A DNA stretch of 62,760 nucleotides, the filler included, from Globobulimina sp. (lineage: Eukaryota), in the NCBI GenBank assembly GCA_003354225.1. It is 21 parts of 21 records of this genome, joined end to end, with 100 filler letters (N's around TTAATTAATTAA, not from the genome) between each part and the next. Parts side by side here need not be neighbours in the genome. Positions count along the whole stretch, not along the records: positions 59,870 to 62,760 come from PIVH01004480.1; 20 more parts are not named here. One strand, 5' to 3'. Positions within the stretch are counted from its first letter, which is position 1. Each line of letters starts with the position of its first letter. The translations under genes and the position numbers were made by a program. Below are positions 59,870 to 62,760 of this stretch, piece after piece. Below the pieces are notes generated by a model. The model was not told the DNA's origin and did not search any database. It was given only the letters and a program-made list of their open reading frames with translations.

Positions 59870-61922
59870 GAATATAAATCTGGCCAATAATGCACAGATA
59901 TTACCCATTATACCGCCAAATAATAATTTGATGAGCGAGCAAGAACAAAAACAAAGCGGCGTGAAAACCACACTCGATAATGATGTCAAATTATTGGGCA
60001 AATTCCGCTACAATGTCAAGATGAAATTAGGTGCCGGTCGTCGCGGCCATGTATTTTGTGGTACGTTTGAACAGCGGCAGGTAGCCATTAAACGCATTGA
60101 TAAAGAGAACAATGTGGATAATGAGATTGACATATTACTAAAAGTCGACCATCAAGCAAACATTGTACGTTATTATGCGAAAGAAAGCGACAATGAGTTT
60201 GATTATATTGCGCTAGATTTGTGTTTGTGCAGTTTATGGGATGTGATTAAATCCAACAACAACGCACAGAATACGCAATATCTCGGCCGTAAAATCCCAA
60301 GAATCGAAGGCATAAACAAGCCGATTATGGCGCATGAGATCCCTGTCAATTCCTTATCGATATCGGGCAAACACGCATTGAATTGTAGTTGCGAAGGGTG
60401 CCGAACACGGCGCTATCGACCGAATAATTATCGCATACCATTACGGAATGTACATAGCAAACATTTGATGAGTCATGGATGGCGACGTAAGAATAAACCA
60501 CCCGAAGCTGTGCCAGTGGTGCATAATAAATCCGTGTATAAACATTTAAGACGTCATAAATTTGTATGTGAATCGGTGCAGAAAATGTGCGGTGAAATGT
60601 TGGATGGTTTGATCGCTTTACATACGGCAAAAGATGGATGCATCATACACCGCGACATTAAGCCGCAAAACATATTAATTGCACACGAAATTAGCGAAAA
60701 TGAGTGCAAATCCAATAACTATACGTGCAAATTGGCAGATATGGGCATGGCCAAATTAATGGGCCCGACCCGAATGTCTTTTGACTCCGAGAATTGTGGC
60801 ACATTATTCTGGAACGCGCCGGAGTTAATTTATCATAAATCCATATCAAATCTGAAACAAACGCTATTATCATCCGATTTTTTAGCGGACAATAAGTCCG
60901 TTGCGGAGATTATGCAAATCAATCAAGAACAGGACATAGATAATAGCCTGAAAAGTATCTTCGGTGCGGAGAAAATAGTTAATTTAATCAATGATATCAT
61001 TCCACAGTCTCCACCACACACTGAGACAGAGGCAGATGCCGACACTGAGTCTGACGGCGAGGATGATTTAAGTGACGGTGACTGTGAGTATGAGGACAGT
61101 ACGAGTTATTATTCGAGCACCGACGCGGACGAAGAACAGGTGATTGGGGATAAAATGCGATGGATATCGAGTAGTTTGACTAAGAAAGTAGACATATTTA
61201 GCTTAGGCTGTGTGTTTTCCTTTTTGTTAAGCAATGGACATCACCCATATGGTGATAGGTTGGTGGACCAACATGAAAATATGGAGAAACATAAGCCGTG
61301 TTTGCAATATTGCCAATTGAGCGTGCCTGCGGTGCACGATTTGATATCGTGGATGATCAGCATAGATCCAGTGTGCAGGCCGGAGGCCAGCGAGTGTAGA
61401 CAACATCCGTTTTTTTGGAGTGATTTGAGGCTGTTGTCGTTTTTGAATGCGACTAGTGATTATATTGAGAAATGCGACAAATCGCATGAGCTGAGAGTGA
61501 CATTGGAGATGGCATCGAGTGGCGTGATTGGGTCTGATTGGGGACTGTTTGTGGATGGATATATATTGAATGATGCCGGGAAACATAGGAAATATAATTT
61601 TGAGTCGATGAGGGATTATTTGCGGCTGATACGGAATAAATGGAATCATTTCAGTGAATTGTCCTTGTTGATCAGACAGAAATTGTGTGTGGAGAATAAC
61701 GTGAATCTTCGAAGTGCATCCAACTTTTTGCACTATTTTACGCAATTCGCGCCTGGACTGGTAATGTATTGCTATAAATTGATTGGTTCTGCAATCAAAA
61801 CTAATGAACACGGAATAAAAACGTTTGGGGAATATTATAAAGAGATATCGGATTATAGGATCCAGTTATTTTATAAACAAGTCCGTGTGAATAGATTTAG
61901 GCGATGGTATACCAAGCATTGA
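59870..61922 (+). CDS. IRE1: IRE1 kinase-endoribonuclease (kinase + KEN domain), 5'-truncated
   Basis: LGAGRRGHVFCG, VAIKRI, NIVRYY, YIALDLC, IIHRDIKPQNIL, LADMGMAK, VDIFSLGC...GHHPYG, HPFFWS and DYLRLIRNKWNH; frame open back to the contig start. Confidence 0.92.
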
Positions 61923-62150
61923 CATTGTTGCAAATCAAAATGTTTGTTCTCTTTCGCAGTATGTCATTGTCATAGTTTTAAAATTTATGTAACACAAAAT
62001 TTAATATGAAATTAATTAATATGAATATGTATCGCCAAATTTGAAGGTGCTTATTTGCCTGCTCGACAGTATTTATATCCAATAAATTATTATTTTCACC
62101 AAAATCCATTAATTGTTTGAAATTCGGTTTTGCACACAACCTCAATTTGA

Positions 62151-62760
62151 ATGAGCGCAGGAGTCTGTGAATGGGACGCATTTGATGGTTCCTATTGGGA
62201 ATTTGCAGTAACACTGCCTATATGTATAATTTTGCAATTGGCGCTATTGGGGAACGCTCTCTATTACGAATATAAGAATAGACAGAGAAAACATAGCACA
62301 AATATTAAAATGAAATTAAGATTGCGTTCCACATTTATTCTTCTCCAATTATGCGGTCTATATTTTAACACAAACGAATTGTTTCGTTTTGTAATTGATC
62401 CACCGACATTAATCCTGCAAGGTAATATATTTTGTGATATTGCAGCATATTCACCAAAACTTATCAATATTATATATTATGGTTGTTATGCATATCACAT
62501 TTTATTACGGTTACAATTGTCATTTAACGGCTCATTTTTAGCTTTATCTAAAAAGACAATCATTATTTTATCACTCATTACAACCATACCGTGCCTAGTT
62601 GTGCCTATTTTAATTTTATGGCTATCGCCAGCGCCATGTGTTTGGTCGTGGATACCAATGGATATAAATAATGAGATATCTTTTTGTGCGTTTCGTAACT
62701 ACGGAGTTGTGAATATCGTGATTTTGTGTGGTGTGGCATACGCAGTGATTATGAATGTTA
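62151..62760 (+). CDS. Orphan 7TM GPCR-like protein, 3'-truncated (not in the ORF track)
   Basis: Open frame MSAGVCEWDAF...LPICIILQLALLG...FCDIAAY...YHILLRLQLSFNGSFLALS... runs to the window end. Confidence 0.8.
   Translation, partial: MSAGVCEWDAFDGSYWEFAVTLPICIILQLALLGNALYYEYKNRQRKHSTNIKMKLRLRSTFILLQLCGLYFNTNELFRFVIDPPTLILQGNIFCDIAAYSPKLINIIYYGCYAYHILLRLQLSFNGSFLALSKKTIIILSLITTIPCLVVPILILWLSPAPCVWSWIPMDINNEISFCAFRNYGVVNIVILCGVAYAVIMNV

Noticed and set aside
59870-61922. Soluble IRE1/RNase L-like protein lacking luminal and TM domains
   Set aside because: The frame is open back to the contig edge, so the N-terminus is simply missing.
54746-61922. ER-stress gene cluster (ERO1, DNAJC7-like, IRE1), and likewise a matrix-protein cluster at 14377-17601
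   Set aside because: The genes are on different contigs that are adjacent only because of length sorting.

Overview
This window is not one locus. It is 21 unrelated contigs of about 2.9 kb, sorted by decreasing length and joined by an artificial 100-nt linker (N44-TTAATTAATTAA-N44, which has stops in all six frames). Most contigs come from an AT-rich microbial eukaryote with the standard genetic code and short GT-AG introns (about 43-95 nt). The gene families resemble those of Foraminifera/Rhizaria, but this is an inference and no marker gene is present. Recognisable genes are RICTOR, an SLC45-like transporter, a RhoGAP, a GT49 glycosyltransferase, a histidine phosphatase, a 7TM-RGS protein, G-alpha, a single-domain secreted KatG-like peroxidase, a GRAM-VASt protein, a sulfotransferase, an F-box protein, an XK-like protein, ABC-F, IFT dynein-2 heavy chain, a tandem RRM-RGG array, ERO1, a DNAJC7-like protein, IRE1 and several orphan 7TM proteins. 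Two bacterial segments (asd-mtnA and an RstB-like kinase) are fused mid-gene to eukaryotic DNA and are most likely amplification or assembly chimeras. The most interesting observations are: (1) a spliced, secreted galaxin-like protein with an Asp-rich tail that the ORF track misses, a candidate shell-matrix protein; (2) a secreted CXCXC silk-like/mucin protein with a higher-order repeat; (3) a saw-tooth C/A-to-G/T strand skew that resets between genes; (4) a 688-bp MITE with perfect 23-bp TIRs and an 8-bp TSD; (5) an RGS-GRAM-VASt fusion alongside an expanded 7TM/RGS signalling set; (6) an intron present in only one of two tandem paralogues; (7) an ORF-free contig with block-conserved cis-modules. 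All homology calls come from motif recognition by eye; no searches were run.
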